Source of the DNA: Ministeria vibrans ATCC 50519
Taxonomy: Eukaryota; Protista; Filasterea
DNA: 37,496 bases
Direction of reading: 5' to 3'
Assembly (NCBI GenBank): GCA_943704425.1
Contig: CALSCP010000334.1
Coordinates: 1 to 37,496 of the forward strand
Below the pieces are notes generated by a model. It made no database searches. It saw only the letters and a list, made by a program, of their open reading frames with translations, and had not been told where the DNA came from. This document shows positions 11,195-23,002 of this stretch, piece after piece (position 1 is the stretch's first letter; the number at the start of each line of letters is the position of its first letter). Made by a program: the position numbers and the translations under genes.

Positions 11195-12667
11195 AAAAAA
11201 AATCGAAAAAAATTTTAAGCGATAACGGTTAATTCGTTGAAAAAGTGACTCAGTGTGAACCCACTGTTCTCCTGGCTGGCCTGGAGGCAACTAGATCTTC
11301 TCGCGAGCAATCTTTTTAGCGTAGTGGGAGTGAGTACTGAGTAGTGGTGTAAGCACTGGTGTTACTGGTGTACATGCGGTGTTTCCTCGAAGAAGGAACG
11401 GTCCGCCTTTGGCAAAATCTGAATTTCATGAATCCGCTTTTTCTTAGATTATTTTATTGAAGAGCATTTGCAGCAAACCAAACCAGTAAACACCAAACAT
11501 AATAAAACCTTGGCAAGGATAATTAGGATATGATAATTCACAGTTGTAGGCTTGAGTTCGGCTTGAGCTGAATACTATCGTCCAGCGACAGAGAAATGAC
11601 TGATCCATGATGGAACTATGAAGCGGGCGCGACTCAGCGCGCTTATTAGTATGTGAAAGAACCAACTCAACCAAGAAGAATACAACCCATTTATTAATGC
11701 TACAGTCACCACGCAAAGACACAGCCAGACCGCCATGCAAATATGTAGCAATTTTTCAACAGGTACTTAGCAAGACGAAGCCAAGACGTATGTTATATGT
11801 ACATTGAGCGATACCCTCGTACGGATACTTTCCATCCCTCGTTCTACCAATCCTCTAACGATGATACGACGCGTCAGATATGTCTCAGTGGACACTGGAC
11901 AGTAAGTATCTACGAGCTGGAGCCAGTTTCATTGCTTTTTTACTGGTTAGAACAATGCCATCGCGCCCGATCATTCGCCCCCTCGCTTAATCGTCCATTG
12001 TCATTCTTTTTAATCGTTCTATTCTCTTTAAAAGTAAGGCACTTGAAAGTTTCGACAAGCACCCCATACCGACATACAAACACACACTCAAGCACTTGCG
12101 CGTGCGAGTTGTGCGAACACACCGCAACATTTTTTGCGCTTGACTGTCTCGTGCGAGAAAAAAAATTCGGGAGTTTTTCTTTTTTCACGATCTCAGGTCA
12201 ACACAACGCAACGTTAACGCGCGGTAGAACTCGGCTGTTGCCGCCATGTTGGTATACCACATTGCTACTTATCACGTATCCGGCGTGACCGGTAGGCTTG
12301 CTGTACGCCGTCCTACGTTTCCATCCATATATACAAAAATGGAACACAAAAAAGCAGCATACAAAAGCCTCCAAAAATTGCGACGTATTTTCAACGTATG
12401 TTCGACGCATGTTTGCTTTGTACTACGCATTTTCGACACGCTCGTCACCGACATGGGTTGCAATCAATGTTGATTGTGTGCGGGTGAGTGTTTTCAGTGT
12501 TCCTTTGGTGGATGGGAAGTGGATGACCCAGCGGAGACCCAGCCAAATATTTGTCGCCACACACCCTCACCTTTCCAAAGATGGACGTCACGATTGTTTT
12601 TGGCGTATATTTTATTTCAAATGAACCAATAGCCAAAGTACAATTCCAATGCCGCTTCAAATGACGC

Positions 12668-12796
12668 GTTGTGCCATTTTTTTGCGTATGGTACTGACTT
12701 TTGATTCTGTTTCGGGAAATCTTCGGTTCATTTTTTTATGTTGTGCCATTTTTTTGTGTATGGTACTGACTTTTGATTCTGTTTCGGGAAATCTTC
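12668..12796. repeat. Direct repeat, 2 x ~57 bp (72-bp period)
   Basis: gttgtgccatttttttgYgtatggtactgacttttgattctgtttcgggaaatcttc at 12668-12724 and 12740-12796, one mismatch. Confidence 0.92.
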
Positions 12797-13054
12797 TACC
12801 AGTTTTTTGCTCGCTTTGTTTTCCTCCTCAAATCCTCTTGTATAGAGCTCATATAGGGTTCAACACAAATTATCAATACACATTTTCCCACTCGTTCGTT
12901 TGAGGGTGGAAATTTTGACACGGTGCTATAGCCATAATAATATTTTCAATGTGTCGCCCTTCAAAGTGGAAATGAGGGAGCAGGGAGGGAAGAGGGAGGT
13001 AAAGCAGAGATAGCTAATGGTCTTTAAATGATCATGCATGACTCTCTCGGAGTT

Positions 13055-13143
13055 GAATGTAGCTGAAGTATCTTAAGCGTTGAAGTTTGCTACGTCGCGA
13101 CGAATGTAGCTGATATAAGCGTTGATGTTTGCTACGTCGCGAC
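13055..13143. repeat. Imperfect tandem duplication (~42-47 bp)
   Basis: gaatgtagctga...taagcgttgaWgtttgctacgtcgcgac occurs twice, head to tail. Confidence 0.85.
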
Positions 13144-13340
13144 ATCGGAGACAACAGGATAGATTTTCTTCTATTTCTCTCTGGACGGCTGGATCCCTTT
13201 GTATTTCAAGTCGGACACTTTCTATAATTCATAGTGATTACGGCCACTTGCTGCTCGTTCATCCGCGCAAAAAACAAAGACAGTTTAATATAGGACACGA
13301 TTAATTTTGATTTTCTTTTTGACCCAGGGCACAAGCAAAC

Positions 13341-15237
13341 ATGCGCTCCGCTCTCGTCCACGTACTGGCCTTGCTGTTTGTCAGCTCCACTGCGTACGCT
13401 GTGTGCGACCCGGCTTGCGCCAATGGCGGCACTTGCAACTCGAACGTGTGCATTTGTCCAGATGGTATAATAATAATAATAATAACGTCTGATAATTAAT
13501 TAGTGACTGTATTATTAATAAATGGGTTGTATTCTAATTAATATTAATTTATTCTTCTCTTTTTTAATAGCATACAATGGTCCATCTTGTGCAACAATTG
13601 TTGACCTGTGCGACTCGAGCCCATGCAGCAACGGCGGTTCGTGTGTTCAGAATGGCACTGAAGCAAGCTGCGAGTGTTCCGTGAATTACACGGGCGACGC
13701 ATGCGAGAACGATCCGTGCACATCCACTCCGTGTATGAATGGTGGCAGCTGTACCATTGATGTGTACCAGGAGATGCTGGCCTCAGCTGCAACGTTTGCC
13801 GTGTTTGGAGGTACTGCGGGCGTGACAAGCTCCGGTCTCAACACAGTGATCACAGGCAACTTGGGCTCCACCAGTGCCTCAACCCTCATCACTGGCTTCC
13901 ACGACACGAACACGGACTGCACCTACACCGAGACGACGCTGAACGTTGGTTTTGTCGACGGTCTCATCTACACCGCTGCGCCGCCTCCGACGGCTGCCTG
14001 TCAGATTGAGGGCACTGCACAAACGCATGCCATTGCAACGGCAGCACGTGGCGATATCCAGACCGCCTTCACCACTTTGGCCGGTCTGCCCTTTGACGTG
14101 TCGCAAGCCGAGAACTTGGGTGGTCTAACGTTGACTCCCAAGACGTACTCGGCTGCTGCTTCTTCCTTTATCATTGAAGGAGGAGACCTTACACTTGACG
14201 CACTGGGTGACAGCGAGGCAGTCTTTGTCTTCCAAATGGCTTCGACACTGCGCATTGGTGGTCCAGGCGCGGCTGCTCCACAGAACGTCATCCTGGCTGG
14301 CGGGGCACAGGCAAAGAATGTCTTTTGGCAGATTGGCAGTTCGGGTATCATCAATGCAGCAGGTGGTGGCACTGTGTTCGGCACATTTATTGCCGCGGCT
14401 GGAGTCGCTATCTCAACCGCTGACAATGCCGACGTGGTCATTATCAATGGCCGCGTGCTGTCCACGGATGCATCTGTGACCATGGTGAACACCGTTATCA
14501 ACGTGCCACCTGCAACCCCTGACACATTTGCGTGCTCGTGTACCAGCTCCTTCTCTGGCGACCAGTGTGAGCTCATGTCAAGTTTCACTCGTTGCGCGTA
14601 CGTCAAAAATCAATAATAATAATAATAATAATAATAATAGGAAAATAAATAGAGAATCGAGAGCTGTAATAATATAATAATAATAATAATAATAAATTTT
14701 TATTATTAATAATTATTATTATTATTATCATTATTTTATTTTATTTTATTTTTATTATTACTTTACTATGATACAAAATAAATAGACATGACACTGCACA
14801 TGCGGGTGTGAATGTATGTGTGTCATATTAGTTCAAAAGTAAAAACACTCCTTGACACCTTGGTTCTTCCACACCCCTACAGGTCAGTGTGGTACTGCAC
14901 AGGAGGACCTGTTACCATCGGCGGCGACACGAATGCCGATGCAACCGAGTACCATCGTTCCGAGTGCACTGCGTTGGGCACGGGCTTCAATCACTGTCGT
15001 CTCGAGGTTTTTCGCACGTCCGAATCGACCGACTCGGTTCAGAGCAACTTTCTGCAGGATGTCAACAACGGTGGTATTATGATTGCTAAAGTTGATGCAG
15101 CAAAAGTCGAGGGATGCCTCCCGGCACGCTCCATCACCAACACGGTGTACACTGTGGGCGATGCGGTTCAATCCGAGACGGGTACTGCTGTCGTCACGTG
15201 CACTCTTCTCAGCATCCTCAACGTCGACTTGCTGTAG
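13341..15237 (+). CDS. Secreted EGF-repeat protein containing a DUF3494 ice-binding-like domain
   Basis: Signal peptide MRSALVHVLALLFVSSTAYA; EGF repeats (CANGGTC, CSNGGSC, CMNGGSC). DUF3494 motifs FAVFGG, VITGNLG, NLGGLTLTP, LTLDALGDSEAVFVFQ, VILAGGAQAKNVFWQIGSS, INGRVLS. Exons 13341-13464, 13571-14597 and ~14883-15237; a microexon at 14786-14813 is possible. Confidence 0.88.
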
Positions 15238-15541
15238 TGAAGACACCGTCTCCCCCTGATTAAACAAACTGACTCTATGGTCTAGAAAATTCTAAGAAAG
15301 ACGTTACTAGTGGATAATCAGTAGAAGGCCAACGAACGTGTTTATTCTAATACAAACCATTAGCAGCATATATATCTCATATATATTATATACGCCAGGA
15401 TGAACTGATGAACTGCGATACAAAACAGAAATCTTATATTTTGATGATTTTTTTTTTCCTTTTATACACTCTAGAGTCTAGTCCCTTCTCACAACGTCTC
15501 ACTTAAAGGGTCGTAAATCGTAATGGATTCGCCCAGTGCAG

Positions 15542-16239
15542 TCAAGACCAAAAGCCAATGGCAATCCACGCACAGTTGAGAGAAGAATCACTATTACTGA
15601 GCATCGTCATGCCAAGTGCCGTGCGAGAGTCTGTCTGTCCAACAGTTCCAGTTGCGCATTGGTATGCCTTGTCGTTGGTTGCTCGAGCAAGAACAAGTGG
15701 GATTGATGAGAATGGAAAGGCAAACACAATGTCTTCGGGCAAATTGGTGGAGTTAACCACAGTCTCACCCGATAGAATTTGAACATTGCCAACTTGCACA
15801 AGTATCTGGCCGTTTGATGAGTTGGAGGATGTCATTGCTCCTTGGCTGCTCTCGCCTGTGTCCCCCTTTTGTCCCTGTGGCCCAACTTCTCCCTTATCAC
15901 CCTTTTCCCCCTTCACAGTCGAGAAGTTTCCAACAAATGCTCGATAGTCGCCCTCCAATTGAACCAGTTGAGCCATAGACGCAGTGATGTCGGCCCTCAG
16001 CGCGTCCATTCGAGCCAGGATGTCAGAGCCATCGACAAACACGCTGCCGTTCGCCGCAGGAGAAATCACCACGTTGCCATCGACGTTGGAGATGGCCGCC
16101 GCTTCAGAACGCACCCCCACACACATAGCACCCAAGAGCACGGCGATAATCGCAAACCCCTGCGCCGTAATGTGTTTTTTTTTCAAGGTGTTAAAACTAA
16201 CAAAACCCTCATCAATTTTTACTTTACTTTGTTCAACAT
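15542..16239 (-). CDS. Secreted collectin-like protein: N-terminal beta/coiled-coil stalk, short collagen (Gly-X-Y)7, tail-fibre gp53/H-type-lectin-like C-terminal domain
   Basis: MLNK|GFAIIAVLLGAMCVG signal peptide (intron gtaaag...gcgcag); GEKGDKGEVGPQGQKGDTGES; C-terminus IVFAFPFSSIPLVLA...CAWIAIG. Confidence 0.7.
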
Positions 16240-16768
16240 GGTCACTAGAGCAGACTCAGACCTCAGTAGTAGAGCTGTCGTTAAACAAAAGATAATGGCG
16301 CTCAAAATATATTGATCTAAATGATGTGATCGATGCTATGTTATGTCACTCACACTTCTTAATCAATACCTTGACACATACCCTTGTGCCTTTCCTGACT
16401 TGCGCGTTCTTCGCATTCAGCCAACCTCAAACAAGTCTCCGCTCGCTCAGTCGGTCAGTCCCCCCCCCTCACTTTCCCTCTCTTTGATCTCTCTCTTTTT
16501 GACAGTTTGACTCTCTCTCTCGATGCTCCCGTAGCAGAGAAAGCTAAATTTCGTTTTTGTGATTTGCGATTGAAATCTTTCTCATACAACATATTATTCA
16601 CATACATTAATTCCATGCAGATAGCTTAAATCTGCTTCATGCAGAAATCATGCTTATGGCGAAAGCTATGAAAGCTTTGTATTACTCTTCATTGTATTGT
16701 ATTTTCTCCTTGGAGTAAACTATTCATTTTTAACATAATTATTTTAGTATCAATTTCACATTAGCATC

Positions 16769-17882
16769 ATGGGAAATACTCAGGCTGGGCATAAGAAGGG
16801 TGGGCGGCCCATGTCATACAAGGAAGGAGAGTCGCAGGCAGCGGAGAAGATGAGCAAGGAGAAGTTCATTCATCTCATCTTGCCTCTCCTTGAGGCTGCC
16901 TATGCTGCCAAAAATCGGTAGGATATGCATACACGTGCTCTAAGTGTACGATAGGGGGTTCAGATGCAGCTTATCACAGTCGGGATTTGCTACTTTTCTC
17001 GACCGGCAAACTTTGCTTTTTTTTCCTTTTTTTATGTCACCTTCTCTCTTTTTCTTCTTCTTTCTCTCTCTCTCTCTCTGTCTTTCTGTCTTTCCACACG
17101 TTCCTTTGTCTTGTGTATCACCATGCCGGCTGTCCCTCGCCCTGCGCAACTAACGCAATGTGCCCTGTGTCTGTTTCGCAGCAAAGTAGAATTTACAGAC
17201 GTCGAGTCGTCAAAACATCTTGTCGACTTTTCAGGCGAACCGCTCTTTCCCCCAGGTAGGCACTGTTGTAACTGTGGAGAGAAAGGGTACACGAGAGTCA
17301 CTGCGGCAAGCTCTTGTCAGCCGACAACGCGACAAACGAACGAATTGAAATCTACGGAAGAACGACACACAAAAAAAAAAAGAAACGTCACGTTGGCTTG
17401 AAAATGCTGTTTCCAGTACGGAAAGAACCACGGCGACGACGCTGTGGCGTTTGTGGATGGTGGTTGCAAGTTGAACCAGACCGAATTGCGTTTGGTGTCC
17501 GTTTTCGCGTTGCTGTTGGAAACGAAACAACACATCAAACGGCGTTTGGTCGCTCAATCTGTATTTACGTGTAGGTTGCGTCGACGAGGAAGAATGGAAC
17601 AAAGGACTGAAGCCACTGTTGAAAGCAGTGTATGCCACACACCTAGAGGCGTACCAGTTTCGTGACTTGAACGCACTGGCGTCGCTCAAACACGACGATG
17701 GGACGCTCTTCTTCGACGTCACCGGCACACAGGAGGTCACGCTCAACAGAACGGTCAACGTCACATCCGCAGGGGGCACCACAGGCAAAGCCGGCGGAAA
17801 GAGTCGTGCCAGAGATAAAAAGCTCCGTCGCAGCTCAACTCTCCCGAAAAACTTCCAAGTCACTACAGTACGACGAACATAA
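16769..17882 (+). CDS. Hypothetical protein with an internal two-fold repeat; possible N-myristoylation (MGNTQA)
   Basis: Exon 1 MGNTQAGHKKGG...LILPLLEAAYAAKNR followed by gtagg; middle exon SKVEFTDVESSKHLVDFSGEPLFPP; last exon CVDEEEWNKGLKPLLKAVYATH...RRT*. One junction may need a GC donor. Confidence 0.5.
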
Positions 17883-18158
17883 GAATTCGACACTCTCTCT
17901 GTTTTCCTCGCTCCGCATTACTTTGATATTTCTTCCTCCTCACTACTTTCTTTTTTCTCCTTTCTCATTACTTTGTTGTTTCCTTCTCCTCATTACTCTG
18001 CTCTTTCTCCTTCTCTCTCTAGGGTTCTCGAGGGAGTATTTTACATTGAGGTGAACGAGCGCTATGAAATCATTATTATTAAAACCTAAACTTAATTTTA
18101 CTCAAAATGGATTTGTTGATTCATGTATGGATTCTTCTTATTAGTTTCATTTGCAGTA

Positions 18159-19918
18159 TCACGTCTCGAGAGATATGGGTTGTGGAGCAGTCACATCAGC
18201 ACTGTCAGACTGGACTTGCTCAGGAAGGAACAAGGACCAGTCGATGGCCCCGACAGCACGCGCAAAGGCCTGTGCGCGCCCCACGCCCACTGCATCTGCC
18301 CCGCCGCCACCTTCAGCATCGCCACCCCCACCCAGAGCCTTCACGTGCTTCAACACCTCGTTCACATCCACCTCAAGGACATCGTCACCCCCCAGCCCCA
18401 GCGCATTGTTTAGCGTGCGTGCCAGTTGCGTGTGAGCAGCCCGTGTCCGTGCCAACGTCGCCTCCTCCTGCGTCAGCTCAGTCTCAGCCGCCACCAGTGA
18501 CTCCGCCAATCCGTTGATGTGCGTCTGCAGCACTCGTACGTCGTTGTGTGCCAAGGCATACGTCGTCTGTGCCTGTCGCAGCTCAGCGTCTCTCTCTACA
18601 CACACAATTGAAAATAATGATGAGTTGCGCAATTTAATAATAATAATAAAAATAATAATATTAATAATAATAATAATAATATAATTACGTTTGTTGTAAG
18701 CGAGAAATGCCTCTGAGAAGATTGGCACATTTGAACCATCGCCAAAACGCGTTGATATGACAGTGGGTTGCGTGGGAGGAGCAGACGCCAAGGATGGTGC
18801 GGTGCTGCTAGCGGTGGTGGTGGTGGTATTGGTGGTCGTCGTAGTGGTCGTGGTGGTGTAGGTGGGGACGGAGTAGGCGGCAGGGGAGGCATAGGTGAGA
18901 CCCTGTTGTTGTTGTTGTTGCAAAAGCAGCTGTTGTTGCTGCTGCTGTTGGTTGTGGTGGTGCTGGTGATACGGGTTGATGGGTGGCAGCGACGCAATGG
19001 GCTGCTCGAGGTCTGGAATGGGCTCGCCTGTCTCCTCCATGGCGGCCAGGCGCGCAATGTGACGGCTTGTTGAGTAATGTTTCCTGAGCAGACGCGCATT
19101 AAGGAATGTCTTGTGACACACCCGACACAGCTCACGCCCAGTGTTCTCAGCCAGTGCAATGGCTGCTGCCGCCTCGTCCATCCCAAACTCTCCATCTTCC
19201 CCTTCCTCAGCTGCCTTCTGAGGCAAGTGGACTATCAAAAAAACACACAAAAAAAATCGAGTCAATAGCTGGTAGAAGGACGTCCTTGCCACACAAACGT
19301 AGAACTCGCAAAGGGTTGTGATGTAGTATCGAGCCGTGCGAATGCACCGCTCATAAAATGAGCTTTATTGTGCTTACTTTTCATCCATTCCGACTTCTTC
19401 TTCTGGTACTCGGCAAAGGCGGCCGTCTGAGAGTACGCCTCGAGTTCCTTGCGATACGCCTGACGATCTGCCTCGGCTGCCTCCAGGAATGGTTGCTTCT
19501 GCTCTTCCGACAGCTGTCCCCACATCACACTCGCCGCCGCCACTTTGTTCGCCTGCGAGTCGTTGCCCATCGTCGGCGTCACACTGGTCATAAGACAATA
19601 AAACACACACACAGAGAGAGAGACACACACAGACACAAATGAGCAAGTGATTCGTATGATACAATGCGTTTGTGAGGATACGAGTGAATGTAGCGCGAGT
19701 ACGCAGACGGCGGTGGTTTCGGTGCGTTGACGTCTTTGGGAAACTGAGGTTGTTTTCTTCGCTTCTGTCGATGGCCAGTGCCAGAGTCCTCAGCTGAACG
19801 TTTCCCTGACGCACCACTGCTGCTGCCAGCATAAGTGAGGCCATAGCTATCACGAAAATGTGTTTGATGAGTTAAATTTCCAATGTTTCTCTCGCTTGCT
19901 CCTTACTCGTCGTCAGCT
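18159..19918 (-). CDS. HMG-box protein, HMG20A/B (BRAF35)-like, with a C2H2-type zinc finger; 5' exon unresolved
   Basis: KDVNAPKPPPSAYSRY and WGQLSEEQKQPFLEAAEADRQAYRKELEAYSQT (HMG box); CRVCHKTFLNARLLRKHYSTSRH (ZnF); VPIFSEAFLAYNK-RDAELRQ coiled coil typical of HMG20; polyQ and polyT tracts. Confidence 0.8.
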
Positions 19919-20276
19919 GCAGAGGGGTTTTGCGTCTAAAACAACAATCAAGAAAACAGCTGTTAGTTAGCGATGCGAAAATGACAGAATGCGAAGCGGG
20001 TGAGCGGGAGAGAGACGAAACCAGAAAAAGAAAAAAAAACACAGATATTTGGTCAAGAGTAAAAATGAACCAACGGTCGTCATTTGAGACAATGGGGGGA
20101 GGTATGGCATGGCACAGGCAGACGTGGTGGATGTATTGCGATCAAGGAGAGTGGACGGCCGCAGAGAGAGCGGGCAGGGAGGGCACAGGAAAGGGAAAGT
20201 GGTGAAGGGAGAGGAAAAAAAAAAGAAAAAAAACGGGGGATGGAAAAAGGAGCGAGAAAGGGCAAGAGAGGCACCA

Positions 20277-20642
20277 TCACGGACTGGCGTGGGGAGGAGG
20301 GTCGAGAAAGAAGGCTGGGGGAAGGCGGTGGGGCGCTGGTACCGTTGCGCGGGCGCTGCCGGAGGCATGGCGAGTGCTGTACTCGGACAAGTCGTCGTCG
20401 TCGTCGACAACGGCCGATTTTCGCTTTGGAGTGAGTTTGCGCACGGCGGAGTAGGTCGGATGACGGCTGTGGTGCTTGTCAAGGTGATACCACAGGTTGG
20501 AGGTGGACGTGGACGAGCTGCGCTGCGGCTGGGCCGGTCGGCGGTCCTCCTCGACGCACAGCATGCACGTCCAGTACAGCTCGCTGGGGTTCTTGTGGTG
20601 CGGCTGCTTTCGATAGAATTGCCAGCAGGCGGAGCTTGACAT
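20277..20642 (-). CDS. BED zinc-finger ORF (standalone, or 5' exon of the HMG-box gene)
   Basis: MSSSACWQFY...WTCMLC...STSNLWYHLDKHH matches the BED finger pattern W-x2-F/Y...C-x2-C...TSNL-x2-HL-x3-H. Confidence 0.7.
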   Translation of the reverse strand: MSSSACWQFYRKQPHHKNPSELYWTCMLCVEEDRRPAQPQRSSSTSTSNLWYHLDKHHSRHPTYSAVRKLTPKRKSAVVDDDDDLSEYSTRHASGSARATVPAPHRLPPAFFLDPPPHASP

Positions 20643-20848
20643 GATGACAATCGACGGAGAGGGTGACGGAACTAATTTGTAATGAATACGAAAAATAAAT
20701 ACAGAATCGATACTCAATGTCAAAACAAGACTATATACAAAACAAAGAGCAGCACAATAGTCAATACTTCCGCCGTAGACTTCTAGACGAGAATGTCTCC
20801 AAAGAAGCCCATAGACCCACTATTTGTAACGAATATTGATTACTACTT

Positions 20849-22548
20849 TTATTTGTTCAACCAAAATTCGTCAACCACAGAACCTGAGTCCACCGAGCGG
20901 AACTCATAATGAAAGGTGGTCGCATTAAAAATCTCAAGAACAGCATAGCCAATCTTGCTCTGGCGATCAGCACTCCATTCCGGGGCAGGATCGACAAACT
21001 TATAATCCTGGAAGACGCCGTACGTTCCCTGCACAACATGGACGGGCGCACTCGGCTTGGTGTAGACGCCAGACGGGTCACGCGCAACCACAGTGCCATT
21101 GCGAACAGGATGCACACGCTCGTACTACAATTCAATCACAGTTAAGAGGAGAGACGGAGAAAGGAAAGTGCGGAAGTACTCCGAGAGTACCATGTGCATG
21201 TGTCCACAGAGGTATCCGTCCACTCCATACTCCAACATCAGTGGCTCAATATGCTCCTGTAGCTCTCCCCCAACTGTGTGCGAGCTGTACTCGCTGCTCA
21301 ACAAAAGGGTTACTGTGTTCCAAATATTTCGTCATTTTTTGTTCTGGTACCTTTTATCCGATGAATACTGAAGAAAAAAAATCAAACACACAAACAAACA
21401 CGAATAAGAAATAATGAGAAAATAAAAGTGATGCGTACCATTGGGCGATGTGCAGTGAGAAACACAAATGGAGTCTGATCGCGATTGGCATTGGCCTTGA
21501 TCAGATCAGCTTTGATCCATTCATACTGAGGAGACCCTATATGAGAAAGAAAGAAGAAGTCAGTGAGACATCGAAACGAGTGACTTAATGGGCCAATGAG
21601 TGAGTCAATGAGTCAATGAGTCAATGAGTCAATGAGTCAATGAGTCAATGAGTCAATGAGTCAATGAGTCAATGAGACAACAATCAGCCAACAAGTGACT
21701 CGCGTAGGACGTCAATAAGTCAGAGGGAAAAGTGACCTGACCTGGGGAGTAGTCGTGTTCGCTTGACATGAGAACGAAATGAGCGTAACCATAATCAAGC
21801 GAAAACCAAAAGACAGTCTTATCAGTCGCACTGCGCGACACACTGTCACTCTGTGCAACTGTGCCAGTACCCCATGGAGAAGGCATCTACACACAGGATG
21901 AGACAGGGAAGGTAGGTGTGAGTCACTGTGTGTCATGTTGGACGTGAATGCATGAATTATAAAACGCGCCATTGAATGGCACTCACTCAAAATAATTCTT
22001 GTCCGTAGTAACTCACTCAATTAGTCTGAGTCTGGTCTGTTCGTACAAGTAACTATTGTGTCTCATACCTCGAATCGAGTCAGATAGCTCGTGTAGTTGT
22101 AAAACTTCTCATGATTTCCAACACCCCTAAACAAATGTACGAAAATGAGAACAAGCCAGCATGGTGGCTCAGTTTGAACTTTACACAACATAAGGAATAG
22201 TGCGCGCAATAGGCTCAATCTGATTGCACCACATGTCCCACACCCATTGCCACTCATTGTCCTTCTTAGACACGCCTCCATCGTCTACATATAAAAATCA
22301 TGCACAGAAACGCAGTCAATCAATCATATCATAGATCACTTTGTTTCTCCTATCACGTTCTTCTTTCTCTCCATTTCTTTGTTTCTTTCCCTCTCGCTTT
22401 TTCTTTCTCTCTCTCTCGTTTTGTTTCTTTTTCCCTCCTTTCTTCCTCTCACTTTGTTTCTTTCTCTCCCTCCTCTCTCTAACACACACACACACTTTTC
22501 TCTCTCTCTATCTTTCTATCACTTTGATTCTCTCTCTATCACTTTGTT

Positions 22549-22585
<37 letters not shown>

Positions 22586-22949
22586 CGCTCGCTTTCGTTT
22601 TACGGTTGATTGGGCGCCCTTACCACTCACTGCTGTGCTTGCATACGCCAAATCTCCATTATGAATCATCCTATACATGACATTTCACATCGATAAAATA
22701 AAAATAATAATTAAATTAATATTAATATTAATTAGAATAACAACTGCTGAACTCTTCTCACATGTCAAAGGGGTTCTCTCGATGCGCCTTTTCAATCTCT
22801 TCCATCACCTAAATCAAACAATCGTTCTCAACAAAGACCCTTCAAAATAAGACTATTCTTACACGATAGCCTGACGGAATGGCCACGCCCATATCACCCC
22901 CAACCACAAAACGGACAGGTCGTTTCTAAAACAAAAAATGAGCACAGAG

Positions 22950-23002
<53 letters not shown>

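Noticed and set aside
12668-13143. Direct repeats as a CRISPR array or LTRs
   Set aside because: Only two copies each, spacer 15 bp or none, eukaryotic context, no cas or retroelement ORFs.
18596-18688. Poly-Ile hydrophobic segment in the HMG protein ORF, resembling a TM helix
   Set aside because: It is a 93-nt in-frame (ATT)n intron (gtaatt...tgtag) that interrupts the conserved YNK-R-D-x-ELR motif.
20277-20642. Autonomous hAT transposon
   Set aside because: Only a BED finger; no DDE/RNase H domain, TIRs or target-site duplication visible.
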